This document shows, in pieces, positions 10,666 to 20,364 of a stretch of 64,000 nucleotides of DNA; position 1 is the first letter of the stretch; every line of letters begins with the position of its first letter. Location: assembly GCA_964574335.1 (NCBI GenBank), contig CAZNNH010000003.1, forward strand, positions 9,038 through 73,037, in the 5' to 3' direction. Source of the stretch: an uncultured Acidobacteriota bacterium. GTDB lineage: Bacteria; Acidobacteriota; Vicinamibacteria; Fen-336. Under the pieces are notes generated by a model. The model searched no databases and had not been told where the DNA came from. It saw only the letters and a list, made by a program, of their open reading frames with translations. The position numbers and the translations under genes are program-made.

Positions 10666-11046
10666 CTAGCTCTTGCGCTTGACCAGGCGGAAGACCCGGT
10701 CGGTCGACGAGGGCGCACCTCCGAGGAGTCGCACCTCGACCTCCAGTTGCGGACCCCGATCCTCCAGCCGGACCTCGAGCTCCGGGGCGTCCTCGGGGTT
10801 TGCGGGATCCTCGACCAGACGTGACGCCGCCTCCGCCACGTCTCGCCCGACGCCTCCGCTGGTTTCGTCGTCGAAGCCGGCGAGCTGGGCGGTGCGGGTG
10901 GCGAGGTCCTGGGCCAGGGCGACGACCGGCGGCCCGGTCGGAAGGCGCATGACGAAGCTGGGCGGCCGCGGCCGGCGACGGGAAGCGCCGGCCGCGCCGG
11001 GACGCGTCTTGTCGTTCACCACGCCGCGACTATACCCTTTTCTCAC
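10666..11046 (-). CDS. Small hypothetical acidic protein
   Basis: 126-aa ORF, or 94 aa from the internal Met, between cysS and ribF on the same strand. The C-terminal half has normal composition (ELEVRLEDRGPQLEVEVRLLGG). No recognised domain. It could be spurious. Confidence 0.25.
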   Translation of the reverse strand: MRKGYSRGVVNDKTRPGAAGASRRRPRPPSFVMRLPTGPPVVALAQDLATRTAQLAGFDDETSGGVGRDVAEAASRLVEDPANPEDAPELEVRLEDRGPQLEVEVRLLGGAPSSTDRVFRLVKRKS

Positions 11047-11975
11047 CGCGCCAGCAGCGCCCGCGCGGCTGCGATGTCCATGCGTATCTGGGCCGCCAGC
11101 TCCTCGGCGCCCGAGAACTTCCGCTCTTCACGAAGGCGGGCCTCGAACTCCCAGCGCATCGGTCGCCCGTACAGGTCTCCGGAGTAGTCGAGCAGGTGGG
11201 CCTCGACGGTGCGGCGTCCCCCGCCGAAGGTGGGGCGGTGTCCGATGTTCACCACCGCCGGCCAGCGCGCCGATGCCCCGTGAAGCTCGCGGCAGAAGCC
11301 GGCGTAGACGCCGCTCCCCGGAAGCGTCTCGTTGTAGGCCTCGAGGTTGGCGGTCGGGAACCCGAGCCCGCGCGCCCGGCCGTCTCCCGGCACCACCACT
11401 CCGTCCACGAAGAAGAGGCGCCCCAGCATGGCGTTGACAGCGGCGAGCGCTCCTCGGGCCAGGGCCTCCCGGATCCGGGAGCTGCTGATGGCGGTCCCCT
11501 CGTGAAGGACCGGGAGCACCCCGCGCACCTCGATCCCCCAGGAGGCGCCGAGCCGCCGGAGCAGATCGAGGTCGCCGCCCCGGCCCCTGCCGAAACGGAA
11601 GCCCGTTCCCACCGCCACCAACCGAGCTCCCAGGCAGTCACGCAGCACCGCCCGCACGAACTCCTCGGGCGGCAGGTCCGAGAACTCCCGCGTGAAGGGG
11701 ATCAGCACCAGCCGCTCGACCCCCAGGTCCCCCAGAAGCTCCCCCTTCTGATCCACCGTGGTGAGGGTGGCGGGAGCCCGGTCCGGGGCCAGCACCACCG
11801 AGGGGTGAGGCTCGAAGGTCAGGGCGACGGTGGTGCCCCGGCTCAGGCGCGCCTCGTCGGCAACGGTGCGGGCCAGCGCTTGGTGGCCCAGGTGGACGCC
11901 ATCGAAGTTGCCCACCGTGACGGCCGGCTCGGGCCAGCCCAGCGGGTCGAAGGACTCCAGGCGAAGCCGGCGCAT
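11043..11975 (-). CDS. ribF: Bifunctional riboflavin kinase / FMN adenylyltransferase
   Basis: FAD-synthetase N-terminal domain (AVTVGNFDGVHLGHQAL), C-terminal riboflavin kinase domain (GFPTANL..., GVYAG..., VVNIGHRPTF, EAHLLD). The start is taken at the Met of 'MRRLRLESFDPLGW'. The longer ORF to 12098 adds a junk-like extension. Confidence 0.85.
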   Translation of the reverse strand: MRRLRLESFDPLGWPEPAVTVGNFDGVHLGHQALARTVADEARLSRGTTVALTFEPHPSVVLAPDRAPATLTTVDQKGELLGDLGVERLVLIPFTREFSDLPPEEFVRAVLRDCLGARLVAVGTGFRFGRGRGGDLDLLRRLGASWGIEVRGVLPVLHEGTAISSSRIREALARGALAAVNAMLGRLFFVDGVVVPGDGRARGLGFPTANLEAYNETLPGSGVYAGFCRELHGASARWPAVVNIGHRPTFGGGRRTVEAHLLDYSGDLYGRPMRWEFEARLREERKFSGAEELAAQIRMDIAAARALLAR

Positions 11976-11983
11976 GCGGCCAG

Positions 11984-13204
11984 TCAGGGTCGGCTGCCGC
12001 TCCTGCGAACCTCCGGGCCGGGCTCGCCGTCCGGCGTCGAGGACGCGCGGATCACGTACCCGCCAGGCAGCGCCTGGTACTCGTAGGGACGGCCCCACGG
12101 GTCCCTCAGGCAGCGGTCCGAAACCAGGCCCATGGCCACCAGCTCTTTGAGGTCGGCCGGCACCACACCTCTCGCCAGGCGGTAAGCGTGGGCCGCCCGG
12201 TCCAGACGCTCCACCCGTTCGCGGCTCACCGCCCCGAGCAGCAGGGCCCGGGGCTCCTCCATGAACGAACCAACGCCCACCACCCCGAAGGGGCTGCTGA
12301 AGTGAATGGCCACGGCCGCCGCCGACAGCAGGAGGGCGAAGCCCAGGGCGAGGTGACCCGGGAGTGCCGAGACCGCCTCCGACCGCACGGCCGCCGCCTG
12401 GCGCGCTTCGACCTTCCCCACCGGCGCCACGATGGTGCGGTTCAGCAGGTCGAACAGGACCCGGCAGGTGTCGAACTCGCTGAGGCCACAGGAGTCGATG
12501 ATGGCCTGGACCGTGTTCGAGCCATCCACCAGGCGGAAGACCCGGTGCTCCTCGGCCGAGAGGCGAACCTTGCCTGCCCCGCCCTGAGGCTTGGCCTCGC
12601 CGGCGCCACCAAAGGCGTCATCCAGCCCGGAGCCGTCGCCCTCGCCGGCCTCCACCGAGGAGCGGTCCACCAAGCTCCGGAAGACGATGTCCATCGAGGG
12701 GATCTTCTTCTCGATGATCGGCCACTCGTCGACCATCCGGATCCCCTCCATGAGCACGAAGTCCGCGCTCATCGGGTTCAGGTTCTCCCGGTCATAGTCG
12801 ACGGAGTCGGCGGGGGCGAAGTTGTAGTCGCCCTCCTTCCAGCGGAACAGCCGAAAGACGATCTGCGAGACCTGCAGGGTGATGGCGTCCTTGAGGTTCT
12901 GGGGGGTGATCGCCCCGCTGGCCAGGAGCACGTGACCCAGGCGCTGGAGGGTCTGCTTCTGGACCCCGAGGGCCTCATCGAGCCGCTCCCGGGTCAGCTT
13001 CCCCTGCTTGACCAGCACGTTCCCGAGCCGGTCCTCCAGACGCTTCCCGGAGCTGTCGGCCATCACGATCGCGCCATTCTCGAAGGTGACCGTGACCTGC
13101 TCCGCCACGCTCCTCAAGGTCAGGATGCCGGTCTTCCTCTGCAGCCCGATCAACTGGAAGATGTCGGGAAGGCCGAAATCCTTGATCGTCCCCTCAAGCG
13201 CCAT
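11984..13204 (-). CDS. DUF4388 (PATAN-like) domain protein
   Basis: N-terminal 'LEGTIKDFGLPDIFQLIGLQRKTGILTL' is the diagnostic DUF4388 motif. It is followed by a Gly/Asp-rich linker and a C-terminal region with a hydrophobic segment. Confidence 0.7.
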   Translation of the reverse strand: MALEGTIKDFGLPDIFQLIGLQRKTGILTLRSVAEQVTVTFENGAIVMADSSGKRLEDRLGNVLVKQGKLTRERLDEALGVQKQTLQRLGHVLLASGAITPQNLKDAITLQVSQIVFRLFRWKEGDYNFAPADSVDYDRENLNPMSADFVLMEGIRMVDEWPIIEKKIPSMDIVFRSLVDRSSVEAGEGDGSGLDDAFGGAGEAKPQGGAGKVRLSAEEHRVFRLVDGSNTVQAIIDSCGLSEFDTCRVLFDLLNRTIVAPVGKVEARQAAAVRSEAVSALPGHLALGFALLLSAAAVAIHFSSPFGVVGVGSFMEEPRALLLGAVSRERVERLDRAAHAYRLARGVVPADLKELVAMGLVSDRCLRDPWGRPYEYQALPGGYVIRASSTPDGEPGPEVRRSGSRP

Positions 13205-13219
13205 GCCCGGTCCCCGTCC

Positions 13220-15154
13220 TCAAGCGCGCGCGCGTCGGACCATGCGGCGCGGCAACGAGACCACCGACTCGAAGCTGGGTGTGACCACGTTGGCGATCGC
13301 GTAGACCGCGGCCAGCACCAGAAGCGCCAGACCCAGCATCCACCCCCGGGCGGCGGCCGCCGCCGCCTCGGTCAGGGGGGCCAGCCGGGCGGCCAGCACC
13401 AGCGCCGCCAGCGTCGTCGCCCAGACGCCCAGCAAGGGTAGCCCCATCCCCGGCTTCTGGGCGTAGAGATGACCCGAGCCCGGAGCCAGCAGCGACAGGA
13501 GCCGGAAGACCCGTTGCCGGCGGCCCTCCTCGCTCTTCACCTCCTGCAGCTTCTGGGCTCGCGCCGGCCCCGACACGCCATCCCGCACCACGTAGATATG
13601 ATGGCACTGGGTGCACAACCCGGTGCCGGCGCCGCCGAGCTGGCAGCGGCGACAGAAGGGGGCCCCGCACTTGAGGCAGCGCAGCGTGAACGACCGGCTG
13701 CCCCGCCAGCGCGAGAGCACGAGCGCCGCCAGGCCGAAGATGGCCGCCGCGGCGCTGAACCGGGACCCGAGGCCCAACAGGAAGGCCTTGGCGGCTGACC
13801 CGCCGGCGGGGCCGGCGACCGCCTTTTCGAGCTTGGCCCAGACCTCCTCCTCGCTCGGTCCCACGTCCACCACGGTGGGCACCGCGGTGTCGCCGCTGTG
13901 GTACTTCCATGTGGTGTCGTAAGCCGCGGTGGTCCGGCCCGAGATCGAGTCGGCCGAGGAGCGGGCCTCGCCGGCGGGACCGTAGGAGAAGGTCTGCAGC
14001 AACGCCACCGAGAGGTTGTAGAGGTAGGTGGCGCGGAAGGTGTCGGGGCCGCCCACCTCGGCGGCCTGGCGGTAGCGCTGGATCGCCGAGCTGAAATGGC
14101 CCCGGTCGAACTCGATGTTGGCGAGGTTGTTGAGGGCCACTGCGTCCGTAGAGCTCTCGGCCAGCATCCGCTCGTAGATCGCGGCCGCTTCGTCGTAGCG
14201 TCCCGCCTTCTTGAGAGCCAGCGCCTGAAGGTAGTCGAGATCGTGGTCGTTGCCCTCGGCCGCCACCTTCTCGAGCAGCTCGATCTCGGGAGCCCCGGGC
14301 TCGCCCGACACCGCCGCCAAGCCGGCGCTGAGCAGGGGACTCTGCCGGGCCAGCAGGCCGGTGCGGGCGGACGAGAGCTGGGCCACGCCGATCACCAGCA
14401 GCAGCACCAGGGCGGCACTGATCACCCGGTCGACCTTGGTCCCGTAGACGACCATGAGCGCGATCCACCACAGCGGCAGCAGACCGTAGCCCTGCAGGGC
14501 CACCGTCGGCACCAGCAGCACCAGCACGTAGACCCCGAGGGCGCGCGGGACGCCCAGCCGCTCCTCGATGTCGTGGCGGAGCAAGCTGCCGTGCCGGAGC
14601 AGCAGCGTGACCGAGAAGACCGCCAGCACCATCAGCAGGACAGCCAGGCCGACGGCTCCCAGGTAGCTCACGAAATCGTGACGCCCCGGCAGGGTGGAGA
14701 GACGGGCGGTCAGTCCGGCGATCACGTGTCCCAGCGCGGAGCCGGCCCCGCTGGTGCGGGCCAGGGCGAAGTGGGCCTCAGCCAGGCTCGGGTCGAGGGC
14801 CACCGCGTTCTCGAAGTCCTCGCGGGCGGCCTCCTTGTCTCCCGCCTGGATCTTCTCGAGCCCCTCCGCCACCAGCGACATCGCCACCGTGTCGAGCCGG
14901 ACGATGTTGCGCTCGATCCTCACCCGCTGGATCCTGTCCAGCGCCGCCTGGGCCTGCCCGACGTCCCCCGCCTCCTGAGCGGCCCGGGCGTGCTCCCAGA
15001 GGGCCCCGAACGAGCCCGACATGCCTTCCGGTTGGGACGGGACCGCCGCCGTCGTCCCCGAGTGCTCCTGGGCCGCGGCGGAAAGGGTGATGAGCGACAA
15101 GGCCAACGCCAGGCCCGGCGCCCGCCTCGCCGCTCTCCAGGTCGAGCGCTTCAC
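13220..15154 (-). CDS. TPR-repeat membrane protein with a Cys4 zinc-ribbon-like motif
   Basis: Signal peptide, several TPR-like repeats (LALKKAGRYDEAAAIYERML..., LNNLANIEFDRGHFSSAIQRYRQA), multiple TM helices, and 'CLKCGAPFCRRCQ...CTQCHHIY' (Cys-x2-Cys...Cys-x2-Cys). Confidence 0.65.
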   Translation of the reverse strand: MKRSTWRAARRAPGLALALSLITLSAAAQEHSGTTAAVPSQPEGMSGSFGALWEHARAAQEAGDVGQAQAALDRIQRVRIERNIVRLDTVAMSLVAEGLEKIQAGDKEAAREDFENAVALDPSLAEAHFALARTSGAGSALGHVIAGLTARLSTLPGRHDFVSYLGAVGLAVLLMVLAVFSVTLLLRHGSLLRHDIEERLGVPRALGVYVLVLLVPTVALQGYGLLPLWWIALMVVYGTKVDRVISAALVLLLVIGVAQLSSARTGLLARQSPLLSAGLAAVSGEPGAPEIELLEKVAAEGNDHDLDYLQALALKKAGRYDEAAAIYERMLAESSTDAVALNNLANIEFDRGHFSSAIQRYRQAAEVGGPDTFRATYLYNLSVALLQTFSYGPAGEARSSADSISGRTTAAYDTTWKYHSGDTAVPTVVDVGPSEEEVWAKLEKAVAGPAGGSAAKAFLLGLGSRFSAAAAIFGLAALVLSRWRGSRSFTLRCLKCGAPFCRRCQLGGAGTGLCTQCHHIYVVRDGVSGPARAQKLQEVKSEEGRRQRVFRLLSLLAPGSGHLYAQKPGMGLPLLGVWATTLAALVLAARLAPLTEAAAAAARGWMLGLALLVLAAVYAIANVVTPSFESVVSLPRRMVRRARA

Positions 15155-15594
15155 GAGACCGATCTCGTCATCTCGAGATAGCCCATGCGGAGCTGGTAGA
15201 GGAGGGTCTCGATGGCCCGGTCCTCCTCCGGCGATCGGTTCCCCCTCGTCTTCTCCTCGAGCATCTCCAGGATCGAGATGAGGTGCCGCACCCCCGGCAG
15301 GTCCGGCCCACTCGGCTCCTCCCCGCCCGGGGAAAGCTCGCCGCTGAGCAGCATTCCGGCCTGGGCGGCCAGGCCGGCGAAGAAGCCGACCAGAGTCGGA
15401 CGCTCTTCGGCCGCAGCCGCGGGCTCAGGCTCGGCGGGCGCCGACGCAGGGGTCGGAGCCGGCCTGTCGGCCGCAGCCGGTTCCGCGCTGGTCGGGGCTC
15501 CCCGGCCGGCGGCCACGGCGTCGTCACGCGGCTCGCCGTCCGCGGCGAAGTGGCGACGATCCTTGACGGTGAAGGGCTTCTTCTCCTCGCTCAT
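15151..15594 (-). CDS. Hypothetical protein with a DUF1844-like N-terminus and a Pro/Ala-rich region
   Basis: 'MSEEKKPFTVKDRRHF' resembles the start of DUF1844 proteins. The middle is a low-complexity Pro/Ala stretch. The C-terminus is conserved-looking (LISILEMLEEKTRGN...ETLLYQLRMGYLE). 4-nt overlap with the upstream TPR gene. Confidence 0.5.
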   Translation of the reverse strand: MSEEKKPFTVKDRRHFAADGEPRDDAVAAGRGAPTSAEPAAADRPAPTPASAPAEPEPAAAAEERPTLVGFFAGLAAQAGMLLSGELSPGGEEPSGPDLPGVRHLISILEMLEEKTRGNRSPEEDRAIETLLYQLRMGYLEMTRSVS

Positions 15595-15801
15595 CGTGCT
15601 GCCCGCGTGAGGCCCCTTGACGCCCGGTCGGCCCGGGACGCCGTCTTCAGTCGTCCCCTCCCCGCACGCCGTCGCGACGGCGAGGACCGGCCCAAGCCAT
15701 GGACTTCGGGGGCGGATGTTATCACAAACTCAATGGGCAAACTCACTTCCCGGCAGCCGCCAACCGGCGGCAGCGAGCGTCCCGTGGGGCCAGAGGCCGG
15801 C

Positions 15802-18231
15802 TCAGCGCACCCGTCGCTCTCCGGGGCCCAGGTGGGTCCGCACCCACACCCGAGCACCGTCCGTCGAGACGGTCACGGCCCCGTCCTGGTCGGTCCTGAA
15901 CACGGCCGCGCCTGCGGTGACGTATCGGCTCACCACCTGCGGATCGGGATGGCCGAACGACGCAGCGCCGGCCGAGACCACCGCCACCGCAGGAGCCACG
16001 GCACCCACGAAGGAAGCGCTGCTGCTCGAGCGGCTGCCGTGATGTGGCACCTTGAGGACCAGCGACCGGACCTCGCCCAGCCGCCGCTCCGCCTCGCCGC
16101 CGATGTCCCCGGTGAGCAGGAAGCGCACTCGTCCCAGCCGGAGGGCCAGCACCACCGAGTCGTCGTTCGAGATCAGGGGTGGTGGCCGGTCGGGCCGCGG
16201 CGGACCGAGCACCCGGACCTCGACGCCATCCCATTCGCAGGCCCCACCGCTGAAGACCGTCCTCCGCGAGATGTCTGCCTGGGCGATCCAAGAGTCGAGC
16301 CGCCGGTACCCACCGTCGCGGATGGGGGCCGGGCCCTCCCAGACCTCGTCGATGTGGAACGCGTGGAGCAGAAACGGGAGACCGCCACAGTGGTCGCCGT
16401 GAGCGTGGGTCACCAGGACCCGATCCAGCCGTCTGACTCCGAGCTGCCACAGATACGGCGCCACCACCCGCTCGCCGGCGTCGAATCGCTCGGGGACCCG
16501 GGGCCCCGCGTCCACCAGCCAGTACCTGCCGCCGGGCGAGCGAAGGACCAGGGCCTCGCCCTCTCCCACGTCGAGCACCGTCAGCGACAACCTTCCGTCG
16601 CCCGGCGCCGCCGTACGCATGACGGTCAGCCCCAGTAGGCCCGCCACCACCAGGCCCCACCCCGGGCGCCGCCAACGCTCGCCGGCCAGCGCTAGAAGGC
16701 CCAGCCACACGACCGCCGCCGCCCAGAGAGGAGGCGAGGGCACGCGGATGTCCAGCCAGGGCAGCCCTCCCACCCACTGTCCGCTGGCCAAAAGGGCGCG
16801 TGCGCTCCAGAAGCAGGCCGCGCCCAGCAGCCCGGAGAGCACCGGCACCGCCGCCGCCGACAGCAGCAGCGAGTAACCGCACAGGAGCACCGCGGCGGCG
16901 AGAGGGATCGCAACCAGATTCAGGACCAGGGCCGCCGGGGCCAGGCGGTGAAAGTGGGCCGCCAGCAGCGGCAGCAGCGCAAGCTGCGCCGAAAGCGAAG
17001 CGGCCAGGGGCCAGGCCAACCTCCGCGGCAGCCACCTGACGCTGCGGCAAAGCGGCGGCGTGAGGGCGATGATGCCCGTGGTCGCCGCAAACGAGAGCTG
17101 GAAGCCGACGTCGTCGATATCAAGGGGATGGCGCAGCAGCAGGAGGCACGCGGCCAGGCCGAGCAGGTTGAGCGGGTCGGCGTCGAGGTCGAGGCAGCGG
17201 CCGGCCGCGAGCACGATCACCATGGTGACGGCCCGCACCACGGGGGTGTGTCCGCCGACCAACTCCGCATAGAAGACGAGCAGCGACGAGGCGGCGGCGG
17301 CCACCGCCACCCGCCCGAGGCCGAGCGCCCGCAGACCCCAGAGCAACAGCCCCGCCAGCACGGCGACGTGGGCCCCGGAGATGGCCAGCACGTGGTAGGT
17401 TCCCGCCGCCCGGAACGACTCCTCGGTAGCCTCGTCGAGACCGGAGCGGTCGCCGATCAGGAGCGCTTCGCAGAGCGCTCGTTCGGGACCGGGGGGCAGG
17501 TTCTCGGCCAGGCGCTCCCGGATCCAGGCCCGCAGGCGGGCCGCCGTTGCCGGCACGAAGCCGACGGACCCCACTCCGAGGACGTGCACCAGCCGCGGGC
17601 TCTTGCAGCGTCCATAGGCGTGCACACCCTGCCTCACCGTGTGGGCGCCCAGGGCGAAGCTGCCGGGGTTCGCGAACCCCCGCGGCAGCCACAACGTCGC
17701 CCAGAGCCGGAGCCGGTCTCCGAGGCGAACCGATGGACGGGGGAGCCGACCTCTCACCTGCACCACCACCCGGCCTCGCAGGTCGAGGCTCACGCCCCGG
17801 TGCCGCACCCGGTCCACGTCGAGGGTGAGACGCCAAAGGTCGCCGAGATCCTCTGCGTCACGTACGGCGGTCCCCGCCAGCTCGACGGGGGCGTGGGCCG
17901 CCGTCCTCGCCCGCACGAAGCGGCGCAGCGGGTTCTGCTCGTGCTCCCGACGCTGGCCGAAACCGCCGACGGCGCCGAGTGAGAAGGCGATCCCGCACAG
18001 CGCGAGGCTTGCCGCACGCGCCGATCGCGACAGCACGCACATCGCCAGCAGCAGCGCCGCCAGCCCCAGCGGAACGCCGACCCCGAAGGATCCCCGTCCT
18101 CCCAGCCAGGCGCCCGCCGCGATGGCGATCGCCAGCCAGAAAAGGGGTCTCGTCACCTCGCCCTCCCGACCCAGCCGTGGGCCGAGGTGCAGGATAAGGC
18201 TCGCTGAGCCGGGGGCGCCCCCCGACCGCAC
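15802..18231 (-). CDS. comEC: DNA internalization competence protein ComEC/Rec2 (DUF4131, competence domain and metallo-beta-lactamase domain)
   Basis: 809 aa. N-terminal TM/DUF4131 region, central polytopic competence domain, and a C-terminal MBL domain with 'LVTHAHGDHCGG' and 'KVPHHGS'. Confidence 0.85.
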   Translation of the reverse strand: MRSGGAPGSASLILHLGPRLGREGEVTRPLFWLAIAIAAGAWLGGRGSFGVGVPLGLAALLLAMCVLSRSARAASLALCGIAFSLGAVGGFGQRREHEQNPLRRFVRARTAAHAPVELAGTAVRDAEDLGDLWRLTLDVDRVRHRGVSLDLRGRVVVQVRGRLPRPSVRLGDRLRLWATLWLPRGFANPGSFALGAHTVRQGVHAYGRCKSPRLVHVLGVGSVGFVPATAARLRAWIRERLAENLPPGPERALCEALLIGDRSGLDEATEESFRAAGTYHVLAISGAHVAVLAGLLLWGLRALGLGRVAVAAAASSLLVFYAELVGGHTPVVRAVTMVIVLAAGRCLDLDADPLNLLGLAACLLLLRHPLDIDDVGFQLSFAATTGIIALTPPLCRSVRWLPRRLAWPLAASLSAQLALLPLLAAHFHRLAPAALVLNLVAIPLAAAVLLCGYSLLLSAAAVPVLSGLLGAACFWSARALLASGQWVGGLPWLDIRVPSPPLWAAAVVWLGLLALAGERWRRPGWGLVVAGLLGLTVMRTAAPGDGRLSLTVLDVGEGEALVLRSPGGRYWLVDAGPRVPERFDAGERVVAPYLWQLGVRRLDRVLVTHAHGDHCGGLPFLLHAFHIDEVWEGPAPIRDGGYRRLDSWIAQADISRRTVFSGGACEWDGVEVRVLGPPRPDRPPPLISNDDSVVLALRLGRVRFLLTGDIGGEAERRLGEVRSLVLKVPHHGSRSSSSASFVGAVAPAVAVVSAGAASFGHPDPQVVSRYVTAGAAVFRTDQDGAVTVSTDGARVWVRTHLGPGERRVR

Positions 18232-18270
18232 ACTTGTGGTGACTGTTCGGTGGCGCGACTCCCGCGGCGG

Positions 18271-19635
18271 CTAGCGGGGGACCAATTGCACGACCGTCTC
18301 CAGGTGATAGGTGTCCGGGAACAGGTCGAATCCCCGGATGCTGGCGGGCCGGTAGCCGAGCGCCGCGAAGCGGCGCAGGTCCCGAGCCAGCGTGGTGGGG
18401 TCGCACGAGACATACACCACGCTCTCGGGGTGGCGAGCGGCGATGGCGGCCACCACCGCCTCGCCGGCCCCCGTGCGGGGGGGGTCCAGGACGACACGCT
18501 CCGGCCTGGGCGACCTCGCCGGCCGCAGCATCTCCTCCACCCGACGACGCTCGACGCGAACGTTCCTGAGCCCGGCGGCGCGAGCGTTGAAGCTGGCGTC
18601 GGCGGCTGCGGTGGCGTTCTGCTCGACGGCCAGCACCCGCTCGGCCCGACCCGCAAGCGCCAGGGCGAACAGGCCCACCCCGGCGTACAGGTCGAGGACC
18701 ACGCCAGCTTCAGGGGTCCGGTCGACGACCTCGCGCACCAGCGGCTCCAGCAGGTAGCGGTTCCCCTGGAAGAACGAGCCCACGTGGGCGCGCAGCTCCA
18801 GGCCGGCTACCTTGGCGGTCACGAAGGGCTCGCCCCTGAGGTGGAGGTAGAGGCGGCGACCGGCCCGACCCGGCAGCACGCCGAAGCCGGTGAGGTGGGG
18901 CGCGGCGGCGGCCAGGCGAAAGAGACTCGCGGCCTGGGCCGAGGGCAAGCTGGTGTCCAGGGCCGCCACCAGGCGGTCTCCCGCATCCGACTCGGCCAGC
19001 TCGATGCCGTGGATCTGCTGCCACGCCGCCGGGCTCGCCTCTATCCCCAAGCGGAACGAAGCCAGCGCCCGGTTCATGGCCGGCGACACCTGTAGGCACT
19101 CGTCGAGGTCCACGACCTCACGGGAGCCCGCCCGATACAGGCCGAGGCGCGCGGTGCCGCCGCGCTCGGCCAGGTGGAAGCGGGCCCGGGTCCGCCAGCC
19201 CTGCTCGGGAGAGGCCACCACCTCGATCTCCTCATCCCAGTTGAGGCCGCCCCGGCGCAGCGTCTCGCCGAGCACCTCCCCCTTGATCCGGCGCTGGGTC
19301 TCGTAGCCGAGCTCCTGGTAGCTGCAGCCTCCACAGCGGTCGTGGAACCGGCAGGGCGCCGGCCGGCGCTCGCGGCTCGCTTCGAGGACCGTCTCGATGG
19401 TGGCGCGGGCGTAGTCTCGGGACACCGACGAGACGCGGACCCGCAGCCGGTCGCCGGGGAAGGCGCCGGGGACGAAGACCACCTGACCCTGGTGGCGTCC
19501 CAGCCCCTGACCCTGGTACACGGCCTTCTCGATCGAGAGATCGATCACGTCACCGGTCCGCAACCCCTGGCGCGGTCCCGACGAGGAGGAGGCCCCGGTT
19601 CCCGCCCCGGGAGGGGCGCCGCGGCCGGGGCTCAA
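18271..19635 (-). CDS. rlmD: 23S rRNA (uracil-C5)-methyltransferase RlmD/RumA (TRAM domain, 4Fe-4S Cys cluster and SAM methyltransferase)
   Basis: TRAM domain (GDVIDLSIEKAVYQGQGLGR), Fe-S cysteines (CRFHDRCGGCSYQ) and methyltransferase motifs (VLDLYAGVGLF, the DPPRTG catalytic motif). The start is called at the TTG at 19635-19633 because an AGGAGG Shine-Dalgarno sits 7 nt upstream. The 591-aa ORF to 20046 is an Arg/Gly-rich artefact. Confidence 0.8.
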   Translation of the reverse strand: MSPGRGAPPGAGTGASSSSGPRQGLRTGDVIDLSIEKAVYQGQGLGRHQGQVVFVPGAFPGDRLRVRVSSVSRDYARATIETVLEASRERRPAPCRFHDRCGGCSYQELGYETQRRIKGEVLGETLRRGGLNWDEEIEVVASPEQGWRTRARFHLAERGGTARLGLYRAGSREVVDLDECLQVSPAMNRALASFRLGIEASPAAWQQIHGIELAESDAGDRLVAALDTSLPSAQAASLFRLAAAAPHLTGFGVLPGRAGRRLYLHLRGEPFVTAKVAGLELRAHVGSFFQGNRYLLEPLVREVVDRTPEAGVVLDLYAGVGLFALALAGRAERVLAVEQNATAAADASFNARAAGLRNVRVERRRVEEMLRPARSPRPERVVLDPPRTGAGEAVVAAIAARHPESVVYVSCDPTTLARDLRRFAALGYRPASIRGFDLFPDTYHLETVVQLVPR

Positions 19636-20300
19636 GGCGCGACCTCCTGATGATGAAACAGACTCAGCCGTGGAATGCCGAAGCCCCCCAGCAGGCGGCG
19701 GCGCAGCGACTCGCGACGCACCTGCGCGTAGACGGTGGCCGGCATCCGGGAGCGGTACGGCGCCAAGTCGGCGTCGACGGCCACCCCCAGCTCGGCCACG
19801 CCGGAAGGGCCAGCCCGCCTCTCCAGGGCCCGCACCAGCCGGTCCTCCGCTCGGCCGAGCTCGGCCTCGACCCCGCTGGTCTGGGCGGGCTCTCGCGCAA
19901 GCTCGCGAAGGACTTCTGTGATCTCGCGGCAGACGCGGGGAGCCCCCCTCTCGTCGGCAGCGCGCTGAAGCGCCGCGGCGAGCCGCTCCAGGATCGCAGT
20001 CGTGTCCACGCCGGCCGCGGCCCCGAGGGAGAGGGCCCGCTGCCACCTCTCGCGCGCCTCCTCCACCTCCGCCTCACAGTAGGCGAGGCTCATGACCTTC
20101 TGGTGCCGGGACCAGGAGTGACGATGGGCGTCGAGGGCATCCGCGATCCCCCGCAGCACGATGCGAAGCGGCAACTGCGCCTTCCGCCATTTCCTCACCA
20201 GCAGCCAGTCGGCGTTCGAGAGGAACAGCGGGTCGCCGCGGCGGGAGACGAAGAACTCCTCGATCGACTGGTAGTACTCGGCCTCGGGGTCTTGGGGCAT
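19632..20300 (-). CDS. Conserved hypothetical protein
   Basis: 222 aa with balanced composition (MPQDPEAEYYQSIEEFFVSRRGDPLFLSNADWLLVRKWRK...). Its stop overlaps the rlmD TTG start by 4 nt, implying translational coupling. No recognised domain. Confidence 0.5.
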   Translation of the reverse strand: MPQDPEAEYYQSIEEFFVSRRGDPLFLSNADWLLVRKWRKAQLPLRIVLRGIADALDAHRHSWSRHQKVMSLAYCEAEVEEARERWQRALSLGAAAGVDTTAILERLAAALQRAADERGAPRVCREITEVLRELAREPAQTSGVEAELGRAEDRLVRALERRAGPSGVAELGVAVDADLAPYRSRMPATVYAQVRRESLRRRLLGGFGIPRLSLFHHQEVAP

Positions 20301-20364
20301 TCCACCACACGGCGACTAGTGTTCCGTATCGCAAGTCATGCTGGCAACAACCAGGAGAAGAGAT

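Noticed and set aside
18271-20046. A 591-aa RlmD with a 160-aa N-terminal extension
   Set aside because: The extension is an Arg/Gly-rich out-of-context translation that overlaps the upstream hypothetical gene on another frame. A TTG with a perfect AGGAGG Shine-Dalgarno sequence marks the real start at 19635.
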